DNA of 64,000 bases from Rhodospirillales bacterium (GTDB taxonomy: Bacteria > Pseudomonadota > Alphaproteobacteria > Bin95), in the NCBI GenBank assembly GCA_038143065.1, contig JAYQLI010000035.1, forward strand, positions 2,016,894-2,080,893. Direction: 5' to 3'. Positions 63,942 to 64,000 of this stretch are shown piece by piece (positions within the stretch are counted from its first letter, which is position 1; the number at the start of each line of letters is the position of its first letter). Position numbers and translations under genes: made by a program. Below the pieces are notes generated by a model. That model saw only the letters and a list, made by a program, of their open reading frames with translations, had not been told where the DNA came from and did not search any database.

Positions 63942-63957
63942 GTTAACCGAAGCTTAA
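63942..63957 (-). promoter_or_regulatory. candidate CtrA box upstream of uvrD
   Basis: minus strand TTAA-GCTTCGG-TTAAC = TTAA-N7-TTAAC, 120 bp above the uvrD ATG. Confidence 0.4.
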
Positions 63958-64000
63958 AAAACATCTGGTAGAACAATGTAGGCCTTAAGAGAGAGCACAG

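Overview
Core-genome window from an alphaproteobacterium, probably Rhodospirillales-like. That placement rests on gene order (thrC-M16 peptidase, dapD-dapE, pgsA-moaD-moaE, sigma54 glnB-glnA, ispB/methyltransferase, uvrD-prmA) and on a tRNA-His that keeps G-1:C73. It holds about 55 genes: purD, xseA, a YHS-domain Cu-ATPase, mreBCD-mrdA-rodA, an amidase, a TAXI-TRAP transporter, dapDE, a hot-dog dehydratase/CoA-transferase/deacetylase cluster, nnr, glnBA, ispB, thrC, degP/Q plus a two-component pair, a double cold-shock protein, Moco genes joined to a xanthine-dehydrogenase-family enzyme, aminopeptidase P, prmA and uvrD. I saw no integrase, transposase, phage gene, CRISPR array or rRNA. At least 11 single-base frameshifts, mostly in homopolymer runs of essential genes, point to long-read assembly errors rather than pseudogenes. 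Best leads: (1) a two-CSD cold-shock protein with a tandem-repeat-encoded (GGGDRGGY)n linker; (2) a probable hidden dehydratase/class III CoA-transferase fusion; (3) an HtrA-like protein that has lost its catalytic His and Asp; (4) a molybdo-hydroxylase with an AYRAPG loop and its own MoaD/ThiS-like protein; (5) an orphan 82-aa repeat protein behind stacked TGC/GCA palindromes. All family assignments come from motif recognition by eye; no database search was run.
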